From: Cyanobium sp.
GTDB taxonomy: Bacteria; Cyanobacteriota; Cyanobacteriia; PCC-6307; Cyanobiaceae
Direction: 5' to 3'
DNA length: 64,000 nt
NCBI GenBank assembly: GCA_044371095.1
Contig: JBILUH010000002.1
Coordinates: forward strand, 18,227-82,226
The position numbers were made by a program, and so were the translations under genes. The notes below the pieces were generated by a model. It was not told the origin of the DNA, did no database searches, and saw nothing but the letters and a program-made list of their open reading frames with translations. Shown in pieces: positions 30,405 to 40,718 of the stretch; position 1 is the stretch's first letter, and the number at the start of each line of letters is the position of its first letter.

Positions 30405-31332
30405 CCTGTGTGTGCGGGCCCCCGCCAAAATCAACCTGCACCTGGAGGTGCTGGGACTGCGGCCCGACGGCTTCCACGAGCTGGCGATGGTGATGCAGTC
30501 GATCGACCTGGCGGACACCCTGCGGCTGCGGCCCACCGCCGATGCCCGGATCAGCCTGCGTTGCGACCGAGCCGACCTGCCCACCGATGGCAGCAACCTG
30601 ATCGTGCGGGCCGGCGAGCTGTTGCGGTCCCGTTCGGGGTTCCCCGAGCTGGGGGCCGAGATCGTGCTCGAGAAACGCATTCCCATCGGCGCCGGGTTGG
30701 CCGGTGGCTCCAGCAACGGGGCGGCGGCCCTGGTGGGCCTCAATGCCCTGTGGGGTCTGGGCTTTGACGCCGAGACCCTGCAGGCCATGGCCGCCGAGCT
30801 CGGGTCCGACATGCCGTTCTGCCTCGATGGCGGCACCCAGCTGTGCTTCGGCCGTGGGGAGCGGCTGGAGCCGGTGGAGCTGGCGGAGCCCCTGCGCCTG
30901 GCGGTGCTGTTGATCAAGCACCCCGAGGTCAGTGTCAGCACCCCCTGGGCCTACGGCCGCTGCAGGGCGATGCGGGGCGACTTCTACCTCCAGGGGGAGG
31001 ACGACTTCGCGCAACGCCGCCAGGCGTTGCGCCAGGGGCCGCTGCTGCAGGCCCTGCATCGGGGCGCTGCCCTGCCCGCGCTGCGCAATGACCTGCAGGC
31101 CGTGGTGGAACCCGAGGTGGAGACAGTGCGGCAGGGCCTGGCTCTGCTGCGCCAGGCTGAAGGCCCGCTGGCGGTGGCCATGAGTGGATCGGGTCCGAGC
31201 CTGTTTGCCCTCTTCGCCAGCCTCGCCGCGGCGGAAGCGGCCCACGCCGGCCTGGCGTCCCAGCTGGAGCAGGCGGGTTTGGAGGCCTGGTGTTGTGGCT
31301 TCAGCAACCGAGGTGTCAGCCTGGAACCGTGA
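30397..31332 (+). CDS. ispE: 4-diphosphocytidyl-2-C-methyl-D-erythritol kinase
   Basis: 311 aa with [11 protein letters not shown] and the GHMP motif [18 protein letters not shown]. It overlaps the rsmA stop by 8 nt. Confidence 0.9.
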   Translation: MADLCVRAPAKINLHLEVLGLRPDGFHELAMVMQSIDLADTLRLRPTADARISLRCDRADLPTDGSNLIVRAGELLRSRSGFPELGAEIVLEKRIPIGAGLAGGSSNGAAALVGLNALWGLGFDAETLQAMAAELGSDMPFCLDGGTQLCFGRGERLEPVELAEPLRLAVLLIKHPEVSVSTPWAYGRCRAMRGDFYLQGEDDFAQRRQALRQGPLLQALHRGAALPALRNDLQAVVEPEVETVRQGLALLRQAEGPLAVAMSGSGPSLFALFASLAAAEAAHAGLASQLEQAGLEAWCCGFSNRGVSLEP

Positions 31333-31661
31333 CCGACCCCGATTCCCAGATTCAGCCCGATGCGGCGCCCCGCAAGGGTCCCCTGAGCTTCCTGTCCGGC
31401 TCGCTCACCGCCGGGCTTCTGGCCTGGTTGGCCCTGGGCCTGAGCCGGCGGATGGTGACCTACTACGCCCTGCACCCGCCCAGTTACAGCTCGACCATCG
31501 CCCAGAGCATTGCCACCGCCCTCAAGACCCTGATCGTGGGCATGGCCTTTCTGGCCACTTTCAGCTTTGCCTTCATTGCCCTGGGGTTGGCCCTGGTGTT
31601 TGTACGCAGCCTGGTGTCCGGATCCGGATCAGCCCCTGCCGAGGCGGGTAAAACGCCCTAA
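31329..31661 (+). CDS. DUF3082-like membrane protein
   Basis: Two TM helices ([20 protein letters not shown] and [24 protein letters not shown]). The GTG start at 31329 forms a GTGA overlap with the ispE stop. The family name is from memory. Confidence 0.55.
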   Translation: MTDPDSQIQPDAAPRKGPLSFLSGSLTAGLLAWLALGLSRRMVTYYALHPPSYSSTIAQSIATALKTLIVGMAFLATFSFAFIALGLALVFVRSLVSGSGSAPAEAGKTP

Positions 31662-31684
31662 CCTCCAGCCACTGGCGCCATCCC

Positions 31685-31780
31685 ATGACCCCCCACGACC
31701 TCGGTCTGCTGGTGACGCTCCTGCTGCCTGGGATGCTGCTGTCGGTCCTGCTGCTGTCCACCTTCGCCGCCGGGGGCTGA
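31685..31780 (+). CDS. candidate 31-aa single-TM mini-protein
   Basis: Manual translation gives MTPHDLGLLVTLLLPGMLLSVLLLSTFAAGG-stop. It falls below the ORF-track cutoff. It sits in an otherwise empty gap of about 190 nt between the DUF3082 gene and pdhB. Codons are GC3-rich. Confidence 0.3.
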   Translation: MTPHDLGLLVTLLLPGMLLSVLLLSTFAAGG

Positions 31781-31853
31781 GGTCAGATTCGCCGCTGGCG
31801 GCTGAGATAAGTTGGCGTCATCACCGGTCATGTGCCGGAATCGCCTTCCCGCC

Positions 31854-32837
31854 GTGGCAGAGACGCTTCTCTTCAACGCCCTGCGCGAGGCCATCGATGA
31901 AGAGATGGCCCGCGATCCCCACGTCTGCGTGATGGGCGAAGACGTCGGTCAGTACGGCGGCTCCTACAAGGTCACCAAGGACCTTTACGAGAAATACGGC
32001 GAGCTGCGGGTACTGGACACTCCGATCGCCGAAAACGCTTTCACCGGCATGGCCGTGGGCGCTGCCATGACGGGCCTGCGCCCGATCGTGGAAGGCATGA
32101 ACATGGGCTTCCTGCTGCTCGCCTTCAACCAGATCTCCAACAACATGGGGATGTTGCGCTACACCAGCGGCGGCAACTACACCATTCCCACCGTGGTGCG
32201 GGGCCCCGGCGGTGTCGGTCGGCAGCTGGGGGCGGAGCACAGCCAGCGGCTGGAGGCCTACTTCCACGCCGTGCCCGGCATCAAGATCGTGGCGGTGAGC
32301 ACCCCCACCAACGCCAAGGGTCTGATGAAGGCAGCCATCCGCGACAACAACCCCGTGCTCTTTTTTGAGCATGTGCTGCTGTACAACCTCTCGGAAGACA
32401 TCCCCGAGGGCGACTACATCTGCGCCCTGGATCAGGCGGAAGTGGTGCGCCAGGGCAGCGATGTGACGATCCTCACCTACTCACGCATGCGCCACCACTG
32501 CCTCAAGGCTGTGGAGCAGCTGGAGAAGGATGGGGTGAGCGTGGAGCTGATTGATCTGATCAGCCTCAAGCCCTTCGACATGGACACCATCACCCGCTCG
32601 ATCCGCAAAACCCACAAGGTGATCGTGGTTGAGGAGTGCATGAAGACCGGCGGCATCGGCGCTGAGCTGATTGCCCTGATCACTGAGCATTGCTTTGACG
32701 AGCTCGATGCCCGTCCGATCCGTCTGTCGTCCCAGGACATCCCCACGCCCTACAACGGCGCCCTGGAAAACCTGACGATCATCCAGCCCCACCAGATCGT
32801 CGACGCGGCCCGGCAACTGCTCGCGGGCCAGATCTGA
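31854..32837 (+). CDS. pdhB: pyruvate dehydrogenase E1 component beta subunit
   Basis: [17 protein letters not shown]...VMGEDVG.YGG.YKVT. The start is uncertain; candidates are GTG 31854, ATG 31830 and TTG 31812. Confidence 0.9.
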   Translation: MAETLLFNALREAIDEEMARDPHVCVMGEDVGQYGGSYKVTKDLYEKYGELRVLDTPIAENAFTGMAVGAAMTGLRPIVEGMNMGFLLLAFNQISNNMGMLRYTSGGNYTIPTVVRGPGGVGRQLGAEHSQRLEAYFHAVPGIKIVAVSTPTNAKGLMKAAIRDNNPVLFFEHVLLYNLSEDIPEGDYICALDQAEVVRQGSDVTILTYSRMRHHCLKAVEQLEKDGVSVELIDLISLKPFDMDTITRSIRKTHKVIVVEECMKTGGIGAELIALITEHCFDELDARPIRLSSQDIPTPYNGALENLTIIQPHQIVDAARQLLAGQI

Positions 32838-32838
32838 G

Positions 32839-34305
32839 ATGGCCCGCCAACAGGGGTGGTTTGCCCTGATCCTTGCCCTGGCGATCGCCTCCGGGGCCAT
32901 GCTTTACAGCTGGAACACCCCATCCACGCCGCTGGGTCAGCGGCTCGGTCTGGATCTCCGCGGTGGCAGCCAGCTGACCCTGCAGGTTCAGCCCGCTGGA
33001 GCCATCACCACCGTCCGCAAAGAGCAGCTTGATGCCGTTAAGGATGTGCTCGATCGCCGTATCAATGGTCTGGGCGTAGCCGAGTCCACTCTGCAATCCG
33101 TCGGTGAGGACCAGCTGGTGCTGCAGCTGCCTGGCGAGCAGGATCCGACCCGGGCTGCCACCGTGCTCGGCACCACGGCCCTGCTGGAGTTTCGTGCCCA
33201 GAAACCGGAAACAGAGCAGCGGATGCAGGAGCTGCTCACCCTCAAGCGCCAGGCCACGGCCCTGCTCGCGCGCCTCGGCCAGCCCAGCCAGGACAACGCC
33301 CTCCCCACCACCGAGCCCGAACAGGCTGATCCCAGGCAGGCAGACCGTGAGCAATTGGAGGCCGATCTCCAACGCATCAACGCTGACATCGTGGCCCTCT
33401 ATGAGCCGGCCAGTCTCAGCGGCAAGGATCTCGTCACGGCCGGCCGCCAGCAGCAGCAGAGCGGCCCCGGCTGGGATGTGACCCTCAGTTTCAACAAGGA
33501 GGGGGGCGATAAGTTTGCTCAGCTCACCCAGTCGATTGCCGGTACACGGCGTCTGCTGGGGATCGTGCTGGATGGGCGCTCGATCAGCGAGGCCAGTGTG
33601 GGGCCTGAGTTCAAGGCGGCCGGTATCACCGGCGGCTCCGCCAGCATCACCGGTAATTTCAGCGCTGAAGAAGCCCGTGATCTGGAGGTCCAGTTGCGCG
33701 GCGGCTCCCTGCCCCTGCCGGTGAAAATTCTCGAGGTGCGCACGATCGGCCCCTCCCTCGGCGCTGAAAACATCCGCACCAGCCTGCTGGCCGCCCTCAC
33801 TGGCCTGCTGCTGGTGGCGGTATTCATGGTGCTGGTCTACCGCCTGGCCGGTGTTGTGGCGGTGATCGCCCTCTCTCTCTACGGCCTGTTCAATCTGGCC
33901 GCCTACGCCCTGATCCCCGTCACCTTGACCCTGCCGGGCATTGCGGGATTCATCCTGTCGCTGGGCATGGCGGTTGACGCCAATGTGTTGATTTTTGAGC
34001 GCATCAAGGAAGAGTTGCGGGACGGCAACACCCTGATTCGGTCGATTGATACGGGTTTTTCCCTCGCCTTTTCATCCATCCTCGATGGACAGGTCACCAC
34101 CCTGATCAGCTGCATCGCCCTCTTCGCGCTGGGCACCGGTTTTGTCAAAGGCTTTGCGGTCACCCTCGGCATCGGTGTGCTGCTCAGCCTGTTCAGTGCC
34201 CTCACCTGCACCCGCACCCTGTTGCGGGTGTTGATGAGTTATCCAGCCCTGCGCCGGATTGAATACTTCCTTCCCCTGACCCAGCGGTCTGAGGGAGTGG
34301 CCTGA
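32839..34305 (+). CDS. secD: protein translocase subunit SecD
   Basis: 488 aa with LDLRGGSQLTLQV and a C-terminal 6-TM SecD/SecF domain. Confidence 0.9.
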   Translation: MARQQGWFALILALAIASGAMLYSWNTPSTPLGQRLGLDLRGGSQLTLQVQPAGAITTVRKEQLDAVKDVLDRRINGLGVAESTLQSVGEDQLVLQLPGEQDPTRAATVLGTTALLEFRAQKPETEQRMQELLTLKRQATALLARLGQPSQDNALPTTEPEQADPRQADREQLEADLQRINADIVALYEPASLSGKDLVTAGRQQQQSGPGWDVTLSFNKEGGDKFAQLTQSIAGTRRLLGIVLDGRSISEASVGPEFKAAGITGGSASITGNFSAEEARDLEVQLRGGSLPLPVKILEVRTIGPSLGAENIRTSLLAALTGLLLVAVFMVLVYRLAGVVAVIALSLYGLFNLAAYALIPVTLTLPGIAGFILSLGMAVDANVLIFERIKEELRDGNTLIRSIDTGFSLAFSSILDGQVTTLISCIALFALGTGFVKGFAVTLGIGVLLSLFSALTCTRTLLRVLMSYPALRRIEYFLPLTQRSEGVA

Positions 34306-34312
34306 GCTGACC

Positions 34313-35293
34313 ATGCCCCCCATCACTGCCCCTCCCTCCACCAGCCGGCCGATGTTCGCCTTCCGCGTCAACCGTCATCGCCGCCGTCTCTGGCTTCTGT
34401 CCTTGGTCGCCCTGCTGTTGAGCATCCTCGGGATGGCCCTCAGCTGGAGCTCGCCATCGATCCGGGCCCCACTGCGGCCGGGTCTTGATTTCACCGGTGG
34501 CACCCAGATCCAGATCGAGCGCCGCTGCGGGACCGCCTGCCCCCCCCTGACGGTTTCTGCCCTGCAGCGGTTGCTCGTAGCCGTGAAGCTGCCTGCCGAT
34601 GGCGCCAATCCAGCCCCTGCGTTGGCCGGAGCATCGGTACAGCTCCTCGATGGCGGTCGTTCCCTTGTGGCGCGCACCCCCAGCCTCAGCCCGGATCAGG
34701 CCCAGGTGGTCTTGCAGGCACTCCAGGCTCAGGTGGGTGAGACGGTCCCCGGTGGTCTGTCCATCGACACAATCGGCCCCACCCTCGGATCCCAGTTGCT
34801 TCAGGCCAGCTTGGTGTCGCTGCTGGTGAGCTTTGTCGGGATTTCTATCTACATCAGCTTTCGCTACGACCGCATCTATGCCGCTCTGGCTCTGTTGTGC
34901 CTGGCTCACGATGTGCTGATCACCTGCGGCTTGTTTGCCTGGCTGGGACTGCTGGCCGGCGTGGAAGTCAACAGCTTGTTTGCTGTGGCACTGCTGACCA
35001 TTGCCGGCTATTCCGTCAACGACACGGTGGTGATCTTTGACCGGATCCGTGAGAAGCGAAATCAGCTCAAGGACGTTTCCCTGGCTGATCAGGCCGATGA
35101 AGCCGTGATCAGCACGCTGACCCGCTCGGTCTACACCTCCCTTACCACCCTGCTGCCATTGATCGCCTTGATCTTCTTTGGTGGCAGCACCCTGTTCTGG
35201 TTCTCGGTTGCGCTGAGCTTCGGCATTCTCGTGGGCGCTTGGTCCAGCATCGGTGTTGCCCCCACCCTGCTGCCGGTGTTGTCCCGTCGCTGA
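34313..35293 (+). CDS. secF: protein translocase subunit SecF
   Basis: 326 aa with GLDFTGGTQIQI and a SecD/SecF C-terminal TM domain. Confidence 0.9.
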   Translation: MPPITAPPSTSRPMFAFRVNRHRRRLWLLSLVALLLSILGMALSWSSPSIRAPLRPGLDFTGGTQIQIERRCGTACPPLTVSALQRLLVAVKLPADGANPAPALAGASVQLLDGGRSLVARTPSLSPDQAQVVLQALQAQVGETVPGGLSIDTIGPTLGSQLLQASLVSLLVSFVGISIYISFRYDRIYAALALLCLAHDVLITCGLFAWLGLLAGVEVNSLFAVALLTIAGYSVNDTVVIFDRIREKRNQLKDVSLADQADEAVISTLTRSVYTSLTTLLPLIALIFFGGSTLFWFSVALSFGILVGAWSSIGVAPTLLPVLSRR

Positions 35294-35363
35294 TCCTTCA
35301 CCCACTCCCGGCTCTGCCGGCCCTCGCCGGAAGCAGCGCAGCCGTGGCTGGGCAACGGTTCCC

Positions 35364-35534
35364 GTGCTGTTGGCTCTACTGGCTCTGTTCGATGTGCGCG
35401 TTGAGCTGCAATTGCTGGCCGATCACTTCACGCTGGCAGGGTTAGGGGCGGCGATCCGCAGCCATCCATTGGCCGTGGCGGTGCTGCTTCTGCTGCCATC
35501 GCTCCTCCAGCGTTACCGAGCCCGCCACGACTGA
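35364..35534 (+). CDS. possible 56-aa membrane protein
   Basis: The GTG start at 35364 gives MLLALLALFDVRVELQLLADHFTLAGLGAAIRSHPLAVAVLLLLPSLLQRYRARHD. There is no independent support. Confidence 0.25.
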   Translation: MLLALLALFDVRVELQLLADHFTLAGLGAAIRSHPLAVAVLLLLPSLLQRYRARHD

Positions 35535-35573
35535 CACATCGATGCTGGAGCCATGGGGGCATAACGCGGGGAT

Positions 35574-36575
35574 CTAGGTCCAGCGGTCCATCACCTCCTT
35601 CACCACCACCTCTTCACAGAGCACCTGCAGCACCACTACCAGGGGCAGGGCCAGCAACACCCCGGGCAATCCGAGCAGGGCCCCAAGGCACAGCTGGGCT
35701 GTGAGTGCCACGGTGGGCAGAAGATTCACCGTGCGACGCAGCAGCACCGGTGTGAGCAGAAAGGCTTCGGTGTTCTGGAGCACCAGCCGCAACACCAGCA
35801 CCTGAACCATCTTGGCCGGCGAGACGAGCAGGGCCAGAGCCAGGGGCAGCAGGGTGGCGGCGGTGGGGCCGATGGTGGGCACGAAGGTGAGCAGTCCGCA
35901 GATCAGGGCGCTCAGCAGGGCCAGGGGTACCTTAAGCAGCGCCAGCCCTGCCCAGGTGAGCAGAAAAACACTCACCGCGGAGAGGGTCATGCCGGCCAGC
36001 CAGCCCCCCAGGGCTTCTCTGGATTCGGCGAGCAGGTGACCCATCTGGGGGCGCCAGAAGCTCGGCGTCAGGGCCACCACCACCTTCTGGTGACTGCGCG
36101 GATCGAGCGCCAGCAAGATGGCCAGCAGGGCCATCAGCAGCAATTGGATTGTCGTGTTGGCGGCTCCGCCTGCAAATCCCAGCAGCTGGCCACCGAGGGG
36201 TTGCAGGCGGTCCCAGGTTCCCAGCTCCATCAGCTGGCGCTCCAGATCGGGCAGCCAGCGCACCTGGCGTGCCAGGTCGGCCAAGCGTTGAGCCAGGGCC
36301 GGCAACAGCTCCGACAATTGGCTGATCTGCTGCAGCAGTTCAGGCAGCAGCAGTTGGCCAAGCAGCCCACCCACCAGCACCAGGCCCACCAGCACCGCCA
36401 CTAGGGCGGGGGGACGGTTCAGTGGCAGCAGGCGTCGCAAAACGGTGATGGGCACATCGAGGGCCACCGCCAGCACCACGGCGCCGAACAGAACCAGCAG
36501 CACCCAGCGCAATTCCCAGGTCAGCAACCCCAGCACGATCAGGGCCAGAGCCCCCAGCACCGTGCGGCCGTTCAT
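35574..36575 (-). CDS. AI-2E family (PerM/UPF0118) transporter, copy 1
   Basis: 333 aa, multi-TM, with a typical AI-2E layout. Confidence 0.8.
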   Translation of the reverse strand: MNGRTVLGALALIVLGLLTWELRWVLLVLFGAVVLAVALDVPITVLRRLLPLNRPPALVAVLVGLVLVGGLLGQLLLPELLQQISQLSELLPALAQRLADLARQVRWLPDLERQLMELGTWDRLQPLGGQLLGFAGGAANTTIQLLLMALLAILLALDPRSHQKVVVALTPSFWRPQMGHLLAESREALGGWLAGMTLSAVSVFLLTWAGLALLKVPLALLSALICGLLTFVPTIGPTAATLLPLALALLVSPAKMVQVLVLRLVLQNTEAFLLTPVLLRRTVNLLPTVALTAQLCLGALLGLPGVLLALPLVVVLQVLCEEVVVKEVMDRWT

Positions 36576-36579
36576 GGGG

Positions 36580-37665
36580 TCAGGGTGCCAGCCGTTGGCG
36601 TTTCCATGGATCCAGGATGTCGTGGATCAGCAGGTCGCGCACGATCACCTGCAGACACACCGCCAGAGGCAGGGCCAGCAGCAGGCCCAGGGGGCCGAAC
36701 ACCACCGTGAACAGCAGCTGGGCTGTGAGCGTGAGACCGGGCAGCAGCCGCAGCTGGTGATGCATGACCGATGGAGTGATCAGATAACTCTCGAGGTTTT
36801 GCACGGCGATGTAAAGCACCAGCACCGCAGCGGCTTTCCACGGGGCGTCCAGCAGGGCCACCGACATCGGAAAGACGGTGCTCAGGGTCGGCCCCACGTT
36901 GGGAATGATGTTGAGCAACCCCGCCAGCAGCGCATTGGCGGCCACCAATTTCACGCCCAGCAGGCTCAGGCCGATGGCGGCAAGGGTGCCCACACAGAGC
37001 GAGCTGATCAGCACCCCCACCATCCAGGCGCTCAGGGCTTCACCGCACTGCACCAGCACCTGGCGGAACCGGCGCCGGTAAAACGACGGCACCAGCAACA
37101 CCGCCACCTCGCGATAGGCGGTGGGCTGCGCCGTCACCATGAGGGCCACCGCAAACACAAAGAGGGTTTGCAGCAAGCCGGTACCCAAACCACCGGCCAG
37201 CCCCACAAGCCGCAGGGCCCCCGTTCCCAGGCTGCCGCCCAGCCCGGCCGGCAGGCCGCTGGGGGGTGCGCCGCCGCCGATCAGGCCATTGCGCAGCCAG
37301 GACAATCCGCCCTCACTGGTGCCGTACAACATCAGGCTCACCCGAGCCAGGCCATCACGCAGCAGCTCCAGCAGGGTTTCGGCCGCCGCCGGCAATTTGC
37401 TCAACAACTGGTCGAACTGGTCGACGAACGGGGGGATTACCGCCGTGGCCACCACCGCCAGCACCAGGGTCACCGTGCCCAGGCTGAGCAACAGGGCCAC
37501 GGGACGGGAACAGCGCAGGCGGGTCTGGATCGCACCCACCAGGGTGCAGAGCGCCATCGCCAGCACCACGGCGGCAAACAGATGCATCAGGCTCTGGCGC
37601 AGGCTCCAGAGCAGCACCAGGGCTGCCACCAGCGCCAACAACCCCAGCCATTGGCCGAATTTCAA
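36580..37665 (-). CDS. AI-2E family (PerM/UPF0118) transporter, copy 2
   Basis: Paralogous multi-TM protein 4 nt upstream of copy 1. The start is placed at in-frame TTG 37665, because the longer track ORF would overlap psb28. Confidence 0.75.
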   Translation of the reverse strand: MKFGQWLGLLALVAALVLLWSLRQSLMHLFAAVVLAMALCTLVGAIQTRLRCSRPVALLLSLGTVTLVLAVVATAVIPPFVDQFDQLLSKLPAAAETLLELLRDGLARVSLMLYGTSEGGLSWLRNGLIGGGAPPSGLPAGLGGSLGTGALRLVGLAGGLGTGLLQTLFVFAVALMVTAQPTAYREVAVLLVPSFYRRRFRQVLVQCGEALSAWMVGVLISSLCVGTLAAIGLSLLGVKLVAANALLAGLLNIIPNVGPTLSTVFPMSVALLDAPWKAAAVLVLYIAVQNLESYLITPSVMHHQLRLLPGLTLTAQLLFTVVFGPLGLLLALPLAVCLQVIVRDLLIHDILDPWKRQRLAP

Positions 37666-37669
37666 GGGA

Positions 37670-38041
37670 TCAGGCCTCGTCCTGCTCCCCCTGATCTTCG
37701 CCCTGGTTGTTGGAGAAGCCCAGATCGTGACTGTCGGCGTAACGCTGGGCAAAGCGCATGAAGCGCTCGAAGTCGTCGGTGGTCTTCCAGGTGTAGGTGC
37801 ACTCGAGGGCGCTGGCCTTGCCATTGACAAAGCGGGCCTTGACCTCACGGCTCACCAGCTCGCCCTCCTCATCCACCAGGAACATGCCGGTGATGTCACC
37901 CATGGTCTCGGGGGCGAGGGCGTCTGGTTCTTCAAAGACGAAGAGGGCCTGGCCGGTGCGGCCATCGCGGGAGCGGGTCAGGCGGATATCGGGCACGACC
38001 GGCTCATCCACCCCACGGAAGAACTGAATGGCGGCGCCCAT
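37670..38041 (-). CDS. psb28: photosystem II assembly factor Psb28
   Basis: [35 protein letters not shown]...[22 protein letters not shown]. The start is ATG 38041. Confidence 0.92.
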   Translation of the reverse strand: MGAAIQFFRGVDEPVVPDIRLTRSRDGRTGQALFVFEEPDALAPETMGDITGMFLVDEEGELVSREVKARFVNGKASALECTYTWKTTDDFERFMRFAQRYADSHDLGFSNNQGEDQGEQDEA

Positions 38042-38092
38042 GGCAAGCGGGGACAAAAATCAATCCTAGGAGCCAGCCCCGGAGTGGTCTGC

Positions 38093-39133
38093 TCAGGAGA
38101 GATCGCGTCTGGCAGCCTCCCGCAGCAGCTGGACGGCAGCGGCATCGGCTGTGATCCCGACCAGGTCGATGCTGGCCAGCACCGGGGTGTCGCGTCGGCT
38201 CAGCTCATGGTCGTAGCAGCGGTCGTAGTACTCGAGCATCTGCAGACAAGCCCCCGCCCAGTCGCAACCGTCGATCGCCTCCAGGGCGGCGGTGGTGCGC
38301 TGGGGCCCCAGCCGCCGGGCGATGCGCTCGGTGGCCTGTCGCAGGGCTTCCTGCCCATGGCTCCCGTACACCGCTACGAGCTGCTCCACCCGCTCCGTCA
38401 GCGGGCGCTGAATCTCGATCGCTGGCGCCTCCCCCATCTGTCGCCAGAGGCCGGCGGGGATCCGGCAGCGACCCACCTGGGCGCTTTCCGCCTCGATCCA
38501 GATCGGCCCCTGGCCCTTGTGGCCCTGCAGGCTGGCCGCCAGACGATTTTCGTAGTGCTCGCTGCTGGGTTGGGCCGGCAGGCCCAAACCACCAAAGCTG
38601 CTGCCACGGTGGTGAGCCAGGCCCTCCAGATCGACCACGGCCGCTCCCTGACGCTGCAGGGCCAGCAGCAGATCGGTCTTGCCGGTGCCGGTGCGTCCGC
38701 CCAGCACGAGCAGCGGCCAGGGCCGCTCGAAGGTCTCCAGCACCCAGCGGCGATAGGCCTTGTAGCCACCCTCGAGCAGCTGCACCGGCACCTCCAGGGT
38801 GTTGGCCAGCCAGGCGATGCTGCCGGAGCGCATGCCTCCACGCCAGCAGTGGAGCCGCAGGGGGGTGTTGTGCTGGCCCAGGCGACGCAGCTCCTGGCCC
38901 AGCGCCGCCAACCTGGGCCCCACCAGCTCCAGTCCCAGCTGGATCGCGGCGGGCCGGCCCTGGTGTTTGTAGCAGGTTCCGACCTGGGCCCTTTCGTCAT
39001 CGCTGAACAGGGGCAGGTTGTGGGCCCCGGGGATGTGGCCCTGGGCGAATTCCTGGGGACTGCGCACGTCGACGATGGGCCCATCAGCCGCCAGGAACGC
39101 GGCCACGGGGAGGGGGGGGCTGGCGCCCGGCAT
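38093..39133 (-). CDS. selU: tRNA 2-selenouridine synthase
   Basis: Rhodanese motif CWRGGMRS plus P-loop GGRTGTGKT. The start at ATG 39133 is preferred. Confidence 0.85.
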   Translation of the reverse strand: MPGASPPLPVAAFLAADGPIVDVRSPQEFAQGHIPGAHNLPLFSDDERAQVGTCYKHQGRPAAIQLGLELVGPRLAALGQELRRLGQHNTPLRLHCWRGGMRSGSIAWLANTLEVPVQLLEGGYKAYRRWVLETFERPWPLLVLGGRTGTGKTDLLLALQRQGAAVVDLEGLAHHRGSSFGGLGLPAQPSSEHYENRLAASLQGHKGQGPIWIEAESAQVGRCRIPAGLWRQMGEAPAIEIQRPLTERVEQLVAVYGSHGQEALRQATERIARRLGPQRTTAALEAIDGCDWAGACLQMLEYYDRCYDHELSRRDTPVLASIDLVGITADAAAVQLLREAARRDLS

Positions 39134-39200
39134 CGCTGTTGTGGATCTCTGCTGACATAGTGGGCCCACGCTGGCTCCGCTTCAGGCTCCGACCCCATCC

Positions 39201-39929
39201 ATGCTTTCCGGCCCCCCGGTCACCGCCACCGCCACCGCCAGCCCTGAGGCTCTGCTTGAGCGCTTTCAGAGCGGTACCCTTCGCCAGCGCCGCTCTCTGC
39301 TGGCCACCCTGCAGGAGCGGCGGCAGGCGCTGCGCCCCCTGATCACGGACCATCTGGCGTCCCTCGACGCCACCGGTGACGACTGGGCCGCCGGCTTTCT
39401 GATCCAGTTGTTGCTCGATGAGAGCGACGCCCTGCGGGATGCGTTCCTGGCCCGTTATCCCGAGGGCTGGCTGGCCACGGTTTCGGCGCGGGGACTCGAC
39501 TATGCGCCACTGCAGCGGGCCCTGATGGCCCAGCAGTTTGAGGAGGCTGATCGGATCACCAGTGCTCTGCTGCGGGAGTTGGCGGGGCCGAATGCGGTGC
39601 GCCGGGGCTACGTGTATTACAGCGAGGTGCCGCCGATGCCATCGGCCGATCTCGACAGTCTGGATCGGCTCTGGGTGTGCTTCTCACGTGGGCGCTTCGG
39701 CTTTTCGGTGCAGGGCCGACTGTTGCGCAGCTGCAACGACCGCTGGGAACTGCTCTGGCCCAAGTTGGCCTGGAAGGATGGGGGGCAGTGGACCCGTTAT
39801 CCGGGCTCCTTCCAGTGGTCCATCGATGCGCCCGAGGGGCACATGCCCCTGGTGAACCAGCTGCGGGGAGTGCGGCTGATGGATGCCCTGCTCAACCATC
39901 CCGCTCTGCAACAGCGCATCCATCCCTGA
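39201..39929 (+). CDS. gun4: GUN4-domain protein (Mg-chelatase regulator family)
   Basis: The C-terminal domain reads LDRLWVCFSRGRFGFSVQ...WTRYPGSFQWSIDAPEGHMPL. Confidence 0.8.
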   Translation: MLSGPPVTATATASPEALLERFQSGTLRQRRSLLATLQERRQALRPLITDHLASLDATGDDWAAGFLIQLLLDESDALRDAFLARYPEGWLATVSARGLDYAPLQRALMAQQFEEADRITSALLRELAGPNAVRRGYVYYSEVPPMPSADLDSLDRLWVCFSRGRFGFSVQGRLLRSCNDRWELLWPKLAWKDGGQWTRYPGSFQWSIDAPEGHMPLVNQLRGVRLMDALLNHPALQQRIHP

Positions 39930-39984
39930 GCAAGGGTGCCGGTAGCGGCGTAGGGTCGAAACGGCTCCTGCGGATTCCAGCCGG

Positions 39985-40422
39985 ATGGTGCTGCGCTGGT
40001 CAGATTTCATCACCCCTTCCACCCTGCAGCTGGCTCCGCTGCTTGAACTGCTGATTGAGCCGATCCGCTGCCTGCAGCTCCAGGGGCAGGTGCAGCTGGG
40101 CCTCCAGGAGGCGCTGGTCAATGCGGTGCGCCACGGCAACGGCTGCGATCCGGGCAAGTGCCTGCGGGTGCGCCGGATTGAAACCCCGCGCTGGCTGGTG
40201 TGGCAGGTGCAGGACGAAGGGCCCGGGCTGCCGCCCGACGCCCGAACCACGGCCCTGCCGGAGCAGCTCGACGCCGCCGGCGGTCGAGGTCTGTTCCTGA
40301 TCCACCACTGCTTTGATGACGTGCGCTGGAGCAGCCGGGGCAACCGCCTGCAGCTTGCCGTCAATCGCCAGCGGGCTGGGGTGCTGTCGCCGGCCGGTGG
40401 CTGGGGCAACCGGGGTCGCTGA
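39985..40422 (+). CDS. anti-sigma regulatory factor / Ser-Thr kinase (RsbW/SpoIIAB-like HATPase)
   Basis: N-box EALVNAVRHGN and G-box GGRGLFLIHHCFDDV. Confidence 0.8.
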   Translation: MVLRWSDFITPSTLQLAPLLELLIEPIRCLQLQGQVQLGLQEALVNAVRHGNGCDPGKCLRVRRIETPRWLVWQVQDEGPGLPPDARTTALPEQLDAAGGRGLFLIHHCFDDVRWSSRGNRLQLAVNRQRAGVLSPAGGWGNRGR

Positions 40423-40714
40423 GCTCCCCCCGCAACCAGCCCAGGCCGTGCTCCACCAGCTCGATGGCCTGCTGGCGGGAGACACTGGTCTGGGGCGCGC
40501 CAGGGTCATCCCCGCCGAGCAGGAGCACCAGCGCGGCCGCCAGCTGCTCGGCCCCACGCCGGGGTCGCTGGGCCTTGAGGGCGTGCCAGTCGCGATCGCC
40601 GATCGCCAGTTGGCGCTGAAGCACCACGGCCTGCTCCAGGGCGCCCTCGGGCCAGCAGCGGGTTGGCTTGGGCGACGGGATTGCCACTGGACGTTTGATC
40701 ACAGCAGGCCCCAT
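40361..40714 (-). CDS. hypothetical protein
   Basis: 117 codons from ATG 40714 (MGPAVIKRPVAIPSPKPTRCWPEGALEQAVVLQRQLAIGDRDWH...), with GC3-rich codon usage. It overlaps the 3' end of the kinase gene by 62 nt. Confidence 0.4.
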   Translation of the reverse strand: MGPAVIKRPVAIPSPKPTRCWPEGALEQAVVLQRQLAIGDRDWHALKAQRPRRGAEQLAAALVLLLGGDDPGAPQTSVSRQQAIELVEHGLGWLRGELSDPGCPSHRPATAPQPAGD

Positions 40715-40718
40715 CCTG

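Noticed and set aside
37666-37848. N-terminal extension of the second AI-2E ORF
   Set aside because: It would overlap psb28 on the same strand. The in-frame TTG at 37665, just after the psb28 stop, gives a normal-length transporter.
37121-39160. 679-aa plus-strand ORF
   Set aside because: It is antisense to the AI-2E transporter, psb28 and selU. It spans three real genes, which is implausible.
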